This document shows, in pieces, positions 62,591 to 64,000 of a stretch of 64,000 nucleotides of DNA; the stretch's first letter is position 1; each line of letters begins with the position of its first letter. The translations under genes and the position numbers were made by a program. This DNA is from Leucoraja erinacea (taxonomy: Eukaryota). The stretch is from contig NC_073397.1 of the NCBI RefSeq assembly GCF_028641065.1, positions 22,196,001-22,260,000 on the forward strand, read 5' to 3'. The notes under the pieces were generated by a model, which ran no database searches, was not told the origin of the DNA, and saw nothing but the letters and a program-made list of their open reading frames with translations.

Positions 62591-64000
62591 TCATCTATGT
62601 CCGTACGTCTTTGGGTGTCCAACACCTCCTTGCATGTAATAAGACTCTCTGTGTTGATGCAAATAGGTTAATTAATAATGTTAGTGATCTGAACATATTG
62701 GTAAAAAAATTAATTCCTTTTCCCTCAATGGATTATAATGGTCATTTGAATCTAGTAGCTTGAATAAGCTGGGGAAGAATAGTTTCCCATTGTCACAGTG
62801 ACAAAGTGAAATCAAATATCACTATCTTAATTGGTACATGTGACAATAAAAGACCTTTGAACTTTTGGACTGGCTTCTACCATTTCAGTCCTCTGTCAGT
62901 CAGAGCCTGAATTTTGAGAGCAGTCAGATCACTGGAAGGCAATCAGGAATGCCTACCTGCGTTTGTCTCAGTCTAATGGTGCTGCCTCATCTTGAATGAG
63001 AATACTTACAGCAACATGCAACATGAAAACTACAAATTGGACTGAACTTAATCTTGCACAAAATTAAGTAATCTCTTAGGAACATTTACAATGTTAAAAC
63101 ATGCACCCATAGCACAAACAGGCATCTAATTCAACGGTCTGCAATAAGCATAGTGTATATCAGAAAACGCCTTGGAGTACTGCAGTCTGAATATTTCATT
63201 GTAGCAATGACTCCTGTTCATGCATGTTGCATGAATTTTCCCCTGTGCCTCCCTCACTTTTGTTTATCTCTTTAAACAGGTTGTACATTTGAGGGTTATT
63301 TTTAATCCCCCCCCCTCCCCCCGGCCATTTTCGTGAAAATGTTATATGGCTGGCAGATGGTGCAAAATTAAACACAATTTGAAAGTGATTACAAGCAGAT
63401 TTTCTCTGAACTCCCCTGGTGGCTCAGCAAGTGTGTCCAGTAAGTCTCGAATCCAAACAGTAGGAAAACTCTGATCCCTGGTCTGATGTGGTTTAGCTGA
63501 TTCAATTGAGCCAATAGGAGAGCTGCAATGGCTTCAGTGCCACTTAGCAATGGGATAGAGATGTCAGCCAAGGTGCCCACTTCTTATTGCTATCCTATGA
63601 CTCCTTCTGGAAGCAGGAGACAACGTTGGGTTAGGTCAGTATTAAGTTCTGTTGAAATGCCCCATACAGTCGCATAACCTGTCAATGCTGTCAGTTATTG
63701 TTTAGATATGCACATCAGTGATAACCCAATAAACGTAGCTACTTTCAAGAGTGATTTGGAAGAGAAAACAGACTTTTAATAATAATTACTAGCTGTTTTG
63801 TTTCTTAACCATTATATGCCGGACAATTTTTATGTAGCTTTACATAAAATGTCTAAGTTGTGCCATTGGACTCTGAAGCAAGCAAAGCAACAGGTAGGAT
63901 AAAATAAGGGGACTGAAAAAAAATCGTTCATTTGAGAAAGAAAAAGGAACAGAATGGAAAATTTCATTTTCAAAATGTGTATCTCTCATCTTTTCTTATA

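Noticed and set aside
63410-63620. Possible ancient SINE remnant
   Set aside because: Resemblance is from memory only and too decayed to support a call without a library search.
1-64000. Prokaryotic systems (CRISPR array, operon, defence island, retron)
   Set aside because: The window is spliceosomal-intron-containing vertebrate DNA; no regularly spaced direct repeats, and every RT belongs to a eukaryotic retroelement.

Overview
Eukaryotic (vertebrate) genomic DNA. The repeat content (CR1/HER1-like LINEs, HE1/V-type SINEs, Penelope elements) suggests a cartilaginous fish such as a skate or ray; this is an inference. One host gene crosses the window on the + strand and its 5' end was not found in the window. 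It is an intron-containing Sowah (sosondowah / SOWAH ankyrin-repeat) gene with 12 coding exons between 13698 and 57255 (777 nt, 258 aa plus stop). Five exons are microexons that the ORF track cannot show: 12 nt (DFTS, 31627-31638) and four single-codon exons, GGG (33912-33914), TTT (39889-39891), CAT (46256-46258) and GGA (47955-47957). Each has AG before it and GT(A/G)AGT after it. Spliced in genomic order they rebuild the SOWAH signatures KK-DFTS-G-F-TALHWAAKHG and NLRA-H-G-GYTPLHIAALH. The rest of the window is introns and flanks densely filled with transposable elements. These include a Gypsy 3' end with its LTR, two Tc1 families, and a young Penelope element inside a Tc1 that forms a Tc1-HTH/RT chimeric ORF and carries a hammerhead-like tail. 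There are also Harbinger, hAT-like, pogo/Tc2-like and Helitron non-autonomous elements, Rex1 and CR1 LINEs, and SINEs. Repeat-free islands in the introns may be Irx-linked enhancers. All calls were made by eye, and no database search was run.
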